Of a stretch of DNA of 64,000 bases, positions 1-13,285 are shown piece after piece. The stretch's first letter is position 1, and each line of letters starts with the position of its first letter. The notes under the pieces were generated by a model. It made no database searches and had not been told where the DNA came from. It saw only the letters and a list, made by a program, of their open reading frames with translations. This DNA is from Octopus sinensis (lineage: Eukaryota). The stretch lies in contig NC_042998.1 of NCBI RefSeq assembly GCF_006345805.1, positions 63,736,001 through 63,800,000 on the forward strand, in the 5' to 3' direction. Position numbers and translations under genes: made by a program.

Positions 1-280
1 AAGGAAGAAAGAAAAGCCGATAGGTATGAACGGTTAGGTTGAGAGGTAAAGCAGTTGTGGTACCAGTAATTGTCGGAGCCCTTGGAATAGTGAGCAACGT
101 GAGTACGTGGAACAAATAGGGGCTGCAATAAGGGTGGAGCACTTACAGAAAACAGCACTGCTTGTAACCGCTCCAATACTCCAGAAGGTGCTCGAAAATT
201 AAGAGGTGTTACCTTAGTTCACTGGTAGTGAACAGCTGACACAGTAGTACATCTCCAGCGTTAGAAGCTGAGCAAAGGCA
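1..280 (+). mobile_element. R4/Dong-clade RLE LINE, degenerate 3' end
   Basis: Translates in pieces to KADRYERL..VVPVIVGALG..LQKTALL..LQKVL (C-terminal RLE region); followed by AATAATAAT. Confidence 0.75.
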
Positions 281-291
281 ATAATAATAAT

Positions 292-1090
292 ACCCAAAGA
301 TAGTTAATAATTCCGTTGTTGACAAATACGTTACCCATCAGTGGTTAATGGCCTCTGGCTTAAAATCAGAAACAGAAGGATTTATCATTGCTGCCCAAGA
401 TCAATGCCTACCTACAAGAAACTACCAGGCAAATATATTAAAGACGGCAGCTTCTCAACATGTGCATGTCAACAACAAAATGAAACCATTGACCATATTT
501 TCTCCATGTGCAGTCATCTTTCACCTATAGGGTATTTCGACAGGCTTGATAGAGCTGCACAATATATTCACTAAGTAACTTGCAAAAACCTGGACTTGCT
601 AAATAAAAAAAAAAACTGGTGGGGGCGAACATCACCTCCAGTTCTTGAAAATGATCACATCTCACTCCCTTGGAACTTCAACGTTCAAACTGACAGAAAG
701 ATAGATGCAAATATGCCAGACATCATATTGAAAGACTTCAGACAAAAACCCTACCTCCTTATTGGCCTAGGAATGATAGCAAGAAGGGATGACTGGTATC
801 TAGCTCAGATAACAGGAAACCCCAAAATGGCAGAAATACAAAAGATAGTGCACATGGGAACTGCTCATATCCTACGTAAAATACTGTTTATGTAATCTCA
901 AATTTTAAAACAAACTCATAATTTTCTTGTTTTTCTTAAACATTCTCTAGCACAACACTATGTACAAAACAAAATATATGACACTCTAGGCATAACACCA
1001 ACATGAACTTCTAACTTGTTGTCTCTTGAGGTCTGTGGGTGAGACTTGGACCGAGCCTGTGCAAATAAAAAGTAAAAGTCAAACAGATAT
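292..1090 (+). mobile_element. R4/Dong-clade LINE, 5'-truncated and frameshifted
   Basis: WLMASGLKSETEGFIIAAQDQCLPTRNY, ETIDHIFSMC, PDIILKD, QKIVHMGTAHILRK; 3' UTR ends in (AAT)n. Confidence 0.85.
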
Positions 1091-1091
1091 T

Positions 1092-1101
1092 AATAATAAT
1101 G

Positions 1102-1152
<51 letters not shown>

Positions 1153-1228
1153 TTAATAATAATAATATAATAATAATAATAATAATAACAATAATAATAA
1201 TAATAACAATAACAATAATAATAATAAT
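1092..1228. repeat. (AAT)n microsatellite
   Basis: Direct reading. Confidence 0.95.
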
Positions 1229-1930
1229 CAAAAACCTAATGAAAAGAAATATAACTAGTAACTGCAGAATATGTGGAGATAGAGAAGAAACAATAAATTA
1301 TATTATCTCTGGCTACCCAGTCCTGGCAAAGATGAAATATATTCACAGACACGACAGAGTTGGGACCTACATACACTGGAAGCTATGCCAACATTATGGA
1401 ATAACAACAGAAAAAAGATGGTATAGGCACACACCAGACAAGCTCTCAGAAAACGAGAAAGCAACCATACTCTAGAATATGCCAATACACACAGATAGAG
1501 AAATTAAGGCCAACAGACCAGATATAGTTGTCGGAGATCATGAAGAAAAAAATGCTTTCTAATTGATGTATCAATACCGGCAGATGACAACGTGTCTCTA
1601 AAAGAAATGGAGAAACTTTCAAAATACAAAGACCTGAAAATAGAGGTAACTAGAATGTGGAATCTAAAAACAGAAACAATTCCTATCATAGTAGGAGCAT
1701 TAGGTATGATAGAGAAATATTCAGTCAAATACATAACAAAAACACCAGGACTTACAAACACATATAACACACACAAAATTGCACTATTAGGCACTGCACA
1801 CATCCTACGCAGAACACTTTCAATACAGTAACCATCAGAACATCACATCAAATCACAGCACATACCCAAGGCACACAGAGCTGCGCTCGATAGTGAAGTG
1901 AAAGCATGCTACAAAAATAAAACAACTGAA
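1229..1930 (+). mobile_element. R4/Dong-clade LINE, 5'-truncated (degenerate zinc knuckle plus RLE endonuclease)
   Basis: CRICGDREETINYIISG..HRHDRVGTYIHWKLC, RPDIVV, KYKDLKIEV..IIVGALG..ALLGTAHILRR; one stop and one frameshift. Confidence 0.88.
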
Positions 1931-1960
1931 TAATAATACTGATAATAATAATAATAATAA

Positions 1961-2048
<88 letters not shown>

Positions 2049-2071
2049 ATAATAATAATAATAACAACAAC

Positions 2072-2111
<40 letters not shown>

Positions 2112-2133
2112 TAATAATAATAATAATAATAAT
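1931..2133. repeat. (TAA)n/(TAG)n compound microsatellite
   Basis: Direct reading. Confidence 0.95.
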
Positions 2134-2677
2134 CATGCCCTGATGCAGTACCAGGCAGTGGCTCTCGTGGCTTCTGATTTTAACTGATTGGCAGTGTTAA
2201 CATGAACATATTGTGTCTTAATGGGTGTCAAATATTTTGCTCAGTACCACAGATTTGATTGTCAGTTGTTTGACTTTAACCAGCTGAGCATGTCCCTTAG
2301 TGGTTGACGGTATGTGCATCTCTGATCACGAGCAGAAGTAGAGGGGGAGCATCATAGCCATGTGTTGAGAGGGATTCTTTGGGGTTTGAATAAGTCATCT
2401 CTGGAAGCATGGGTCTTTCGTTCAACATCCTTAAGCAATCCTTATTCAGTGATCTTTAGAGCGGGATGGGTTACTCGACCAGAAGAAAACTCTAACTGGG
2501 CCCATCCTGCAAAGTTATGTGTTGTTTATTTTGATATCAGGTCACCATGTCGCGCACATATGGTTGTGATGCATGTGCCTAGTGTACTCTTATCAGAAGT
2601 GTAGTCATGTTGGGTATACTGGGCTTTGTATATTTTACCCCAATGTCACTTTTATGGTTTGCACTGTGCTCTCACTC
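2134..2677 (+). mobile_element. Non-coding insert between TAA arrays, probably the 3' UTR of another R4/Dong family
   Basis: Higher-complexity 544 bp block bounded on both sides by (AAT)n, like its Dong neighbours; no ORF homology recognised. Confidence 0.45.
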
Positions 2678-2685
2678 AATAATAA

Positions 2686-2754
<69 letters not shown>

Positions 2755-2776
2755 TAATAATAATAATAATAATACA

Positions 2777-2837
<61 letters not shown>
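2678..2837. repeat. (AAT)n microsatellite
   Basis: Direct reading. Confidence 0.95.
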
Positions 2838-4780
2838 GCTACAAAGAAGAATATTATTAGTGTTATTGCAGTAATGATTATTGTAAATAATGAGGAATTA
2901 GATGCTGATGTGAAATATGAGCTGCAAGAGAGAGAGAGAGAGGGGAGGGGGTGAAAGAGAGAAAGAGAATGAGGGAGGAGGGAGAGAAATCCATCTGCAT
3001 ATGTTAAAGAAACCTGAAGTGAAAATATTTGCTATATCGTGCGTGCATGAGAACGACTTTCCGATGGTACATTCAATTAATATATGTAGGTGAAATTCAA
3101 AACCCAAGAAAACCTGAAAACATTATGGAAATATATGTCACTGTAGCACCTGCAGAAGCAGTATTGTCATGAGGGAAATAGCTGTAGAACTTATATCTTC
3201 AACACCAATAAATAAGCTGCCATAGTAGTTAGGAATATAATAGTTATTTGCTGAAGGTAACGGCCCATTGAATTGGCACTTACATTTTATATATCGCTTT
3301 TATTTATATATGTAGAAGGTCGCAATCTTCAACATATCTGAGATGTTGAAAATGTCCTCTAAATACATGGATCTAATACTGGCAGTAACTTTATATGCGT
3401 GTATTTTTCCCTTGACATTTAAGTTATTCTCTTAACTATGAAACAGTATGGCGATAACTTCGTTTATATTTCTACAGTTTTTTCGAATAAAATCCCTGTT
3501 GGAAAGTAAAATCTTTACTCACAAAGATTTTTTTCTCTCTCTAAAATGTATATGAAAGATATTATTTGAACGTAAATAGTAATTGCGAACACGTAGATTA
3601 CCCCCAACATAAGATAACGACAAAAACATGTAAACCCAAAATCTCTTGTTGTATTGATATTCGATGCAAAACCTCTGGCTTTTCTCCAAATTACATATGA
3701 TTGAATTATGGAAATATCTGATATATGTCTGTTACATTTTAATGTATATTTAAATTAACGGTGCTAATCTACTGTGGATAGGCAGAGCACACGAATCTAA
3801 AAGGTCCTGATAAGTGGTTATTTATATTGACAGCCAAGTCAAAAACATCAATACATCTTTCCTCACCATTTTGTGTGAATACAGAGAGGAATTGATGAAC
3901 AGATTTCAAGAATAAGTAGAAAGATTTATGAAAGATAGAAATATAATGCTCCTCATTTCATAGAGTGCTCATTTATATACATACATATCATTTACACACA
4001 CACACGTACTTACACGTACATAGGTATGTGTCTCTATGTACGTATATATGTGTGTGTGAATGAATGTGTGTACATATGTATGTGTGTATATTTATGCAGG
4101 TTTAGTATTGTTCTGTTTGTTGGAACAACAAAAATGTTCTCCATCTAACAAGAGCTAATTACCATTTAATAAAAACAGGATTTATATGTGAGCTATTATA
4201 GATTTTCATAGTTTGATAGGACATTAACCGGACAAGCCTGAACAGCATGAGATGTACTATGATGCAATCGTTGAAATAAAAAAAATTAAATGTACAAATA
4301 TTATGTGTGTGAGTGTATGTGTTTGTGCGGATGAATATGCAATGAAGAGATCTGTACGATTAACTGGGTATAATTTATTTATGTAAATTGCAACACTAAT
4401 GCATATGTATATGACAGAGTTGTATAATCCTTTTGGTATGAGTAAATAAGATGTTTACCCAGTCTCTCATTGGAATATATATGCCTGTAAAAACATTTTG
4501 ATCTCTTATAATTATCGAGATTTACACACATAAACCACACACACACACACACCACACACACACACACGAGTACAGAAACAAACACGTACGCACACACACA
4601 TATCATGTAATTAAATTACATTTCATGGTCTATTACATCATTTCATTAAACCGATGTTACTACAGAATTCGAAATATACATTGATTGTGCAATTTTTCTA
4701 TGTATCCTTAAGTTATTTTGATTCAAAATAGTATCAAACATACAAAGATAATTTTGCGATAACTTTATATTTGCCTATTT

Positions 4781-5185
4781 AAGACGGTTAACTGACAGAT
4801 TCCTTACAATGACGGGTGAAAGCACCTACTAGTGTTTCATCAAACTCTTTATGTTCTCAGTTCAAATCCTGCCGATATCGGCTTTGGCTTTCATTCTTTA
4901 GAGGTCGCTAAAATAAGTACCATTTGTGTACTAGGATCGTTACAATCAAATAACCCACTACCCACAAACTTTTAGGATCTGGCACTATAATAGTAAGAAT
5001 TGTGAAAACAGTGAAAAGGCAGTACTTTGCGATATTTCCTAAAATACAAGATGTTCTAAGTTCAAATTCTGCCGGGGTCAGTTTTTTCTTTCTTCCTCCG
5101 GATGTCGGTAAGATAATCTTCCATTCAAGTACAAGAGTCGATAATGTTGACTAATCCCTTTTCTCGAATTTGATGATCTTGTAAA
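4781..5185 (+). mobile_element. Two degenerate copies of SINE family B (Nin/Deu-like domain)
   Basis: gttcaaatcctgccga..gctttcattctttagaggtcgctaaaataagtacc, with a second copy near 5050-5150; both resemble 60593-60800. Confidence 0.6.
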
Positions 5186-5204
5186 ACTATTATATCTTGC
5201 AATA

Positions 5205-5423
5205 CACGAAGGGGTGCTGAAGAAATGTACCTGGCTTTGTGCAAAAGAAAATACAGGAGGGTCAGTTAATTATGAATTTTTTAGCACAAACCTTTCTTAG
5301 ATTCATACTAATTACAGCGGTCCTTCACTTTTGTAAACCCTGTAACAGATCTCGGATGTTTCGACCTCCAGCCAGGCTTTTCGCGATACCCTTAAAACAA
5401 CAAACGTTTCAGCACCCCTCGCA
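5205..5423. mobile_element. Mariner-derived MITE
   Basis: Terminal inverted repeats cgaaggggtgctgaa (5207) and ttcagcacccctcg (5408-5421). Confidence 0.6.
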
Positions 5424-6450
5424 TTGCATGGAGTATAACAGCCGTTCTCATTTGTTTTCTTGATTTTACAATGCATTCTATATGATATTTCAGTAATAGG
5501 TTGTTTCATTAAGTTAAAACTTTATCAGTTGTCATTTAAACAGCAACTAAGACTCATGATTTATACTGATGTAATTTTACTTGCAAATCACAATAGAAAA
5601 TACCCAACGTTTTAATATCGAAATAAAATTTCAACGCTGGGCAGCAGGGAGGATAATGTGGTGAGCAACGAATTGTGTTTGATGTAATTCTTCAACAGAA
5701 TGCATTGATTTCTTTCCTCTTGAGAATATATCATCTCAATTTATATTTTAATCTCTAAGTTAATGGAAGTGGACAGTTCCTTAGTTTAATGTACAAATAA
5801 GGAAATTCTATATTCTTAGACATTGTAACATTCGCTTTAAAGATATTACGTACATGGTCGGAGATATGCGAACATGAGAAACAAGTACATTTCATTATTA
5901 CAGTTGAATTGTGACTGGTCATAAGTCTTTAAGGTATTGATTTCTTCTTATGTACAAAACCAATTTAGTGGGAACGAACAATTGCTGATTGAATCAAAAT
6001 AGGCAACGATCTGAAGTGGCTGTTGTAACCATGTATTCTGTATTATATTGAGTTGAAATCTACACGAATGATAATTGTCGAACTTCTTTCTTAATTCATA
6101 GCCATATATTTCAATAAAGAAAAAAATGTTTAATCTATTTAAATTCTATTTTACAGGAATATAGTTAGTGACTTAGTTACATACATATATCCGGAAAGCG
6201 AGCTGAGAATGTAAATAAATAAAAATTCTCATAGATCATATTTCTTCACGCCTGTCTTATATATGCCCAAAAATTAGTGGGACGAAAAACAGTAATATTC
6301 AGCAGCTAATGCTAATGCTTTGCATTCACCATGATCGTAGTAATATAGATGAACATCTAAATTTCTTAGCACAACTCACGCACATCTCACTCTGAGTGTA
6401 TGTCTGTGTGTATATGTAAATATGTGTGTGTATACATATGCAAACACATC

Positions 6451-6493
<43 letters not shown>

Positions 6494-6500
6494 TATATAT

Positions 6501-6545
<45 letters not shown>

Positions 6546-6747
6546 CTTGCTATAAAAACACACACAGATACACACACACACACACACACATATTTGTTTT
6601 GCAAGATTTTTATTTTTGATGTGAAATCGTGTGTTGAAATAAGATTAAGTTTAATGTAAAAAATAAATAACGCTGAAGCAAAGTAACGCCAAATATATAG
6701 TGCGTGTGTTTTTATTGGCTACACTGGCAAAATGACCATTCCTAAAT

Positions 6748-6798
<51 letters not shown>

Positions 6799-8088
6799 AT
6801 ATATACAAGGGTGAGTCAAAATGTAAGGCCATTTTGCTTAGGACAGTTATACTTACCTGTAGTAAGGGTTATTTCGGTAGCACAAAGTATACCATTTCTA
6901 TAAGTACAGACAATTAAGTTTGTCTGTGTAGAAATCTTTTGAGTTCTGTTAAGCATTTGTCGCTGGTATTCACATCCACAATGCTACACATATTTTCTGG
7001 CTAGACAGTATGGGACATTACGTTTTGTATGTGTTGGATTGCTTAATTTAAAGTTCAGGATTTGATGTGTGTCTGTGTGTTTGTAGTATATATCAGTAAT
7101 ATATATAGTAATATATACAGGAGAGTTAGGGACAAGGGGAGATAATTAAGTAGTGGTGATCTTGACGTGTGCGTGTGTATATGTGTAGGTGTGAAATGTT
7201 GGTCTGCAAAGTGGTCATTGCTGTGTGTGCGTGGTGAAGTGTGTTGTGTGATATGGTGGTGTAAGGTGTAGTGGTGTGTAGTCTGAGGGTGGAGGTAGAG
7301 GTTGGGTATCTGAGTAGGCGGAGGGTGGGAGTAGAGGTGGCGTATGTGGGAGTGCGTGTAAGGTATGGGGTGGGAGATGGGGGAAGGAGAGGAAAGGGGG
7401 TGAAATGTGTTGGGGTGGGATGGATTTACGAGGGATTGGTGACGATGAAGGGGAGAAGGAGAGTAGGAGTGACGAGAATAACTAGGTGTCGGAGTATATG
7501 TATATATATATATATATATATATGCATTCAGCTGATCGGTAGGGTAATGGAAGTGCAAATTAGGTGTGGTTTGAAAGAGTCTAAAGTGAGAGAGAAATGG
7601 TATAGAAAGCAAAGTGACTTACAGGAGGTGAACAATAAGAAAGCAAACAGTTATCCGATGGAGTTGGAAAGGAAAATATGGAAAAAAAAACAATTTTGAT
7701 ACAGGGCAGTGTGTGTTAAAAATGATTGATGGCAAACGTAACGCTGTTTATTGTTAGTTTATGCTTACATGCTATTCTCTGGGCTCATTCGAGCGTATAT
7801 ATTTAAAGAATGACTTCTAAAAATTTTGTTTCTGTAGGAACACGTTTGGGATGGTTAGTTTACAGACATTTCATTTTGCATATTTTGTGTTCACGTTGAA
7901 AGTTTTGTTGAAACTATTCAGTTAAACTTCTTATTTTTACAGTTAGAAGATGATATTGTTCGGCTTCCTTCATGTATATGTATGGGTATAGATGCGGCAC
8001 ATTTGAATATGAGTGACGGTAAATTAAATGTCATGTCAGTTCAACTGTACTATTTGCTTTTACATATATATATATACATACATACTAT

Positions 8089-8137
<49 letters not shown>

Positions 8138-8241
8138 CACATATGCACATACATACATACACACATACATATTTATATACATACACACATACCGACATGC
8201 ATACATACACACACACATTATATATAAATATGTATATATAT

Positions 8242-8296
<55 letters not shown>

Positions 8297-8298
<2 letters not shown>

Positions 8299-8456
8299 TG
8301 CAGGAGTGGCTGTGTGATAATAGCTTGCTAACCAACCACATGGTTCCGGTTCAGTCCCACTGCGTGGCATCTTGGGCAAGTGTCTTCTGCTATAGCCCGG
8401 GCCGACCAATGCCTTGTGAGTGGATTTGCTAGACGGAAACTGAAAGAAGCCTGTCG
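8297..8456 (+). mobile_element. SINE family A (tRNA head plus CORE-like domain), 5' half
   Basis: A/B-box-like gtggctgtgtga..ggttcagtccc, cttgggcaagtgtcttc, agacggaaactgaaagaagcc; many homologues in the window. Confidence 0.8.
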
Positions 8457-8649
8457 TATATATGTATATATATATATATGTATATATATATAAATATATA
8501 TGTATATATACAAATATTTATATATATGAATATATATATATATGAATATATATATGTATATATATTATATATATATATATATATATAATATATATATATA
8601 TATATACATATATAAATATATTACATATGCATACACACCCACACACACA

Positions 8650-8719
<70 letters not shown>

Positions 8720-8720
8720 T

Positions 8721-8860
8721 ATATATGAATTTTTTGCGTAATGAGATAATAAAATCAAAGCTGTATAGATATTAGAGCATTTCTAGATTTATATCTATAA
8801 ATGCTCTAATACCTATATAGCGTTAGATTTTTTACCTCACTACGCAAAAAATTCATATAT
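8721..8860. repeat. Imperfect ~140 bp palindrome (fold-back)
   Basis: atatatgaattttttgcgta.. is the reverse complement of ..tacgcaaaaaattcatatat; centre near 8790. Confidence 0.9.
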
Positions 8861-9009
8861 ACCCACGCTGACATAGAACGAACGTTGAACACTTTATTCG
8901 CATTATTACCGGATCTGGAACTTATCTATGGTCTGTCTATAGCACTTATTCAGCGATACCTGATACCTTTGGGTCTCAGTGACACCATTATCTCTTATAA
9001 CCTCAACTA

Positions 9010-9075
<66 letters not shown>

Positions 9076-9093
9076 ATATCAATGTAAGCACAT

Positions 9094-9258
9094 ATGAATT
9101 TTGACGATTATTTCTCTACTGTTTCTGAAGAAGAGTTTTGCTCGAAACGTTATACCACTTTTCTTCCCTTACCTGAACGTCTGCTGATATTTTACATGCA
9201 CCACGTACTCACATTGTTGTTTTTGTTCCCGTGTTTGTTCTTTGTGTTTTTTGGGGGG
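9094..9258 (+). mobile_element. Short PLE pLTR-like element in (TA)n with a minimal hammerhead-like motif
   Basis: CTGAAGA(9125)-a-gagt-ttt-gctc-GAAA-cgtta; homologous to 31400-31582. Confidence 0.55.
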
Positions 9259-9282
9259 ATATATACATACATATAGATAAAC

Positions 9283-9318
<36 letters not shown>

Positions 9319-9369
9319 CACACATATATACATATATATATACATATTATATACATATATATATATGTA

Positions 9370-9407
<38 letters not shown>

Positions 9408-9523
9408 CATATATATATATGTGTGAGTGTGTATATATATATGTTTGTATACATATGTGTATATATATGTATATACATATATATATATATGTATATATAT
9501 AATATATATATACATATATATAA

Positions 9524-9575
<52 letters not shown>

Positions 9576-9606
9576 CATATATATATATACATATATATAT
9601 ATATAA

Positions 9607-11045
9607 ACTTAGATAAACTTAGATATGTTTCGACCAAAGATTGGTCCAGGCCATGTCTAACTTAATAGCACCACCTGATAGGATTATTTGAATCCTGTTT
9701 AAGTCAAATTTTGATTATGGTCCATTCAAGTAGTGAGTTTTTGTTGGGTGAGTTGTATCCAATTATGGGTGGCTTATTTGGTATTCCTTGAAGGAATCTA
9801 TCCAGACTCCGTTTAAAGTTGATGGGATCCTTTTCCTCTTTGATATCTTTCGGGACAATGTTAAATAGAGCAGAGCCTGTTGAGGAAAAGAAATTATGTT
9901 GCAGTGTACATGTATGCTGTGATCTTGAATTGGGCAGGGGACGTATGGCCCGTGGTTCCAGTCTTGGATGAACCTTGAAGCTAATGTTCAGGTCGTTTGG
10001 GCAAAGTTGGCGGTACATTCTCCACAACGTACAAATGATGTACCGCTCACGGCGACGCTGGAGGGAGTAGAGTTTCAAGGCTTTAAGGCGATCCCAATAA
10101 TCGAGAGCAGCCACGCCTTCAATTCGTTTAGTGAGTGCCCTCTGGGGGTGATTCAATCCTCGAGATGTTTTGACTTGTATGGTGAGACCACAGTGGGCAG
10201 CAGTTTTCGAGGTGTGGACGTACAAAGGAGGCGAAAAGTGGTATGATGGCACCTTGTTCTTTGGACCGGAAAGTTCTTAAGATCCAGGAACTCATCCTAC
10301 GAGCTATATCGACCTTCTTGTTGATGTGTGCACTCCAACTGAGATCGTCATCAACAATTACACCCAGGTCTCTGATATTGTTAGAGGCTGTGAGCGGTTC
10401 CCCTGAAGGAAGAGAGTATGGCTGTTTTAGTGAGGAATTTCTTCCAAAATGCATCAGCTCAAATTTTCCCTCGTTCAGTTGCATTTTGTTTCTGTCTGCC
10501 CATTGACTCACAGCATATAGATCAGACTGGAGTTGTGTTCGGTCTGCTTCTTCATTGACGATTTGCTGGAGCTTAGTGTCATCAGCAAATATTTTCACTT
10601 TGCAGTAATGTACGACACTGGAAATGTCGTTTATGTAAATTATGAAGAGTAGCGGACCAAGAGAGTCCCCAGGGGGACACCGCTGGTGACTTTTGCTGGG
10701 CTTGAGTGGAATCCATCAACTACAACATGCTATTCGCCAGGAAATACTTAAACCAGTGTAGAAGTTTTCCACGGATTCCAGCATTTGCCAATTTTGAGAG
10801 TAGGATATTATGTTCTACCATGTCGAATGCTTTACTGGAGTCAAGATATATGACATCAGAGTTCGAATCTATTCCCAAGGCTTTGGGTACATCTTCAATG
10901 TGGTGTAAGAGCTGTGTTAGACAGTCCCTGCCACAGCGAAAGCCATGCTGATTTGCATTTAGAAGTTTGTGGGTCTTCAGGAAGTCAGCTATCCTTGATC
11001 GTAACACTCTTTCAAACAGTTTAATGATGTGGGAGGTGAGTGAGA
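9607..11045 (-). mobile_element. CR1-group LINE, RT and 3' end, frameshifted
   Basis: ISLTSHIIKLFE, NQHGFR, YLDSSKAFD, KIFADDTKL, RDLGVIVD, YSLQRRRERY; short tandem tail (ATCTAAGTTT); (TA)n on both sides. Confidence 0.92.
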
Positions 11046-11086
11046 TATATATATATTTTTATACATATATATGTACATGTATATAT

Positions 11087-11690
11087 ATAAAACAGGACAC
11101 GACTCGTCAACTAGTCCTTCATTGCGAGAGAATTAAAATAAAATTGCCTCGCATAGGGGAAAAAACAGACAAGAAAAACATGTGACAAAATCAGGACGTA
11201 AAAACGATACAAATACAAAATAAAAAGCCTTTTCATTTTGTTTTTCTCGTTTGTTTTCTTGTCTTTTGATTTCTCGTATTGTATTTTCTTTTTATTTCTC
11301 GTTTTGTATTTTCTTGTACGTGTATCTTTATCTTGTATTTTATTTTGCATTTGTATCGTTTTTACGTCCTGTTTTTGTCGCATGTTTTTCTTGTCTGTTT
11401 TTGCCCCTATGCGAGGCAATTTTATTTTAATTCTCTCGCAATGAAGGACTAGTTGACGAGTCGTGTCCTGTTTTATCCTTCGAAACACGCTTGAGTTAGC
11501 TAGAGACAGCTGATGAACTGGGGATTTTTCCTGTGTGGTTTCTCCTGTACCTTGTTTTTCTGTTGTAAAAAATAATGTTTTTCCCGTTTCCGTTTCGTCT
11601 GTTTTTTGTTGTAAAAATATGGCTTGTCCGATTTCGTTTTTCGTTGAGTTCTACGTCTAGTTGCAGTGTCCTGTACTCACGTATATATAA
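11087..11690 (+). mobile_element. PLE pLTR-like element with 5' inverted duplication
   Basis: 11087-11225 is the reverse complement of ~11338-11475; TA-rich flanks; CTGATGA and GAAAC remnants. Confidence 0.6.
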
Positions 11691-11770
11691 TTATATATGC
11701 ATGTATATATACATGTAGATGTAGGTACGTACATATATGTTTGTATGCATGCATATATTTTATTTATTAC

Positions 11771-11870
<100 letters not shown>

Positions 11871-11940
11871 TTTAATTACGATTCATTTGATTGAGGTACT
11901 GAAATTGAGGCACCTTGCCGGATCGTTATACTCCCAGCAC

Positions 11941-11975
<35 letters not shown>

Positions 11976-11978
<3 letters not shown>

Positions 11979-13285
11979 CTGGGTCTTAAAACAGCTACTA
12001 AATGGCTCAAATGCGGATGTTACATATCTCGAATTTGCAAAAGCCTTTGATAAAGTCGACCATGGTATGATCTGTCACAAACTACGTGGTCTCGGCATAG
12101 GCGGAAAACTTGGAGAGTGGCTGCACGACTTTCTAAAAGACAGAAGACAGGCAGTTGTGAGCAATGGAGCCACTTCCAAGGAAACACAAATAACAAGCGG
12201 TGTTCCACAGGGCACTGTCTTGGGGCCACTGATGTTCATAGTGGCCCTTTTAGACATGCCTTCAGTAGCTACGATGGCCACCCTTGCTAGCTATGCAGAT
12301 GACACAAAAGTCTCCCACACAATACAAAACCCTGAACATATTGCACATCTGCAACAGGAGTTGGATAAAATATACAGGTGGGCGGAGGGCAACAACATGC
12401 AGTTTAATGCAGGTAAGTTCCAGGCCCTGCGCTACCGGCACACAAAAGTAAACGACGTGCAGACTGGATACACTGGCCCAGGAAGAATTGCAATCCCTGA
12501 GTTAAAATCAGTGCGTGACCTAGGCATTGACATGTGCAATGATGCATCTTTCCAAGTGCATATTACTAATCTGGTGATAAAATGCAGACGGCTAGCTGGA
12601 TGGATTCTCCGAACTTTCAGAACAAGAGAGAAGGAGGCACTGATGGTCCTCTGGAAAACATTCGTCCTCAGCCGCTTGGACTACTGCTCCCAACTATGGT
12701 CACCACACAATATAAAACTAACAGCAGAACTCGAAGCAATTCAGAAAAGCTACACAAAGAAGATCGTCTCAATGCAAAATATCAGCTACTGGGAAAGACT
12801 GAAAGTATTAAACCTCTTCTCCCTAGAGCGAAGGCGGGAGAGATATGTGGTGATATACATCTGGAAAATCCTGGAGGGTCTTGTCCCAAACTTTGGCATT
12901 CAAATTTACCCCAACCACAGAACGGGGCGCCACTGCATGGTGCCAAAGATTCAAACATCAGCATCAAAATACAGGACCAGATACTGCAACAGCTTGGGTT
13001 TCAGAGAACCACAGCTCTTTAACATCCTCCCTAAATGCCTGAGAGACTTGCATGGTGTGGATGTGGGTTTCTTTAAAACTAAACTGTATCTCTTCTTGTC
13101 GGGAGTCCCAGATGAACATATCTTACGACAGGAGACGCAGATGCGGGCAGCAGCATCGAACTCCCTTGTTGATCAAGTGTCACGTATCAGAGGTGGATTC
13201 ACATATTAGTGTAGCTCATTCAGCGGTGGTGCCCCAGCATGGCCGCGGCCTTCGGGCTAAAACATTTTTAAGGATTTAAGGATTT
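11976..13285 (+). mobile_element. CR1-group LINE, 5'-truncated, open RT frame to the stop at 13209
   Basis: YLEFAKAFDKVDH, SGVPQGTVLGP, SYADDTK, RDLGI, FSLERRRERY; tail ggtgccccagcatggccgc..(TTTAAGGA)2. Confidence 0.95.

Noticed and set aside
7000-8060. Purine/GT-biased block with 142-185 aa ORFs, possibly a decayed PLE 3' region
   Set aside because: Low complexity and no convincing motif
6326-9665. Many YIYI/HTHT/poly-N/poly-S ORFs here and throughout the window
   Set aside because: Translations of TA, CA, AAT and CTT microsatellites, not genes
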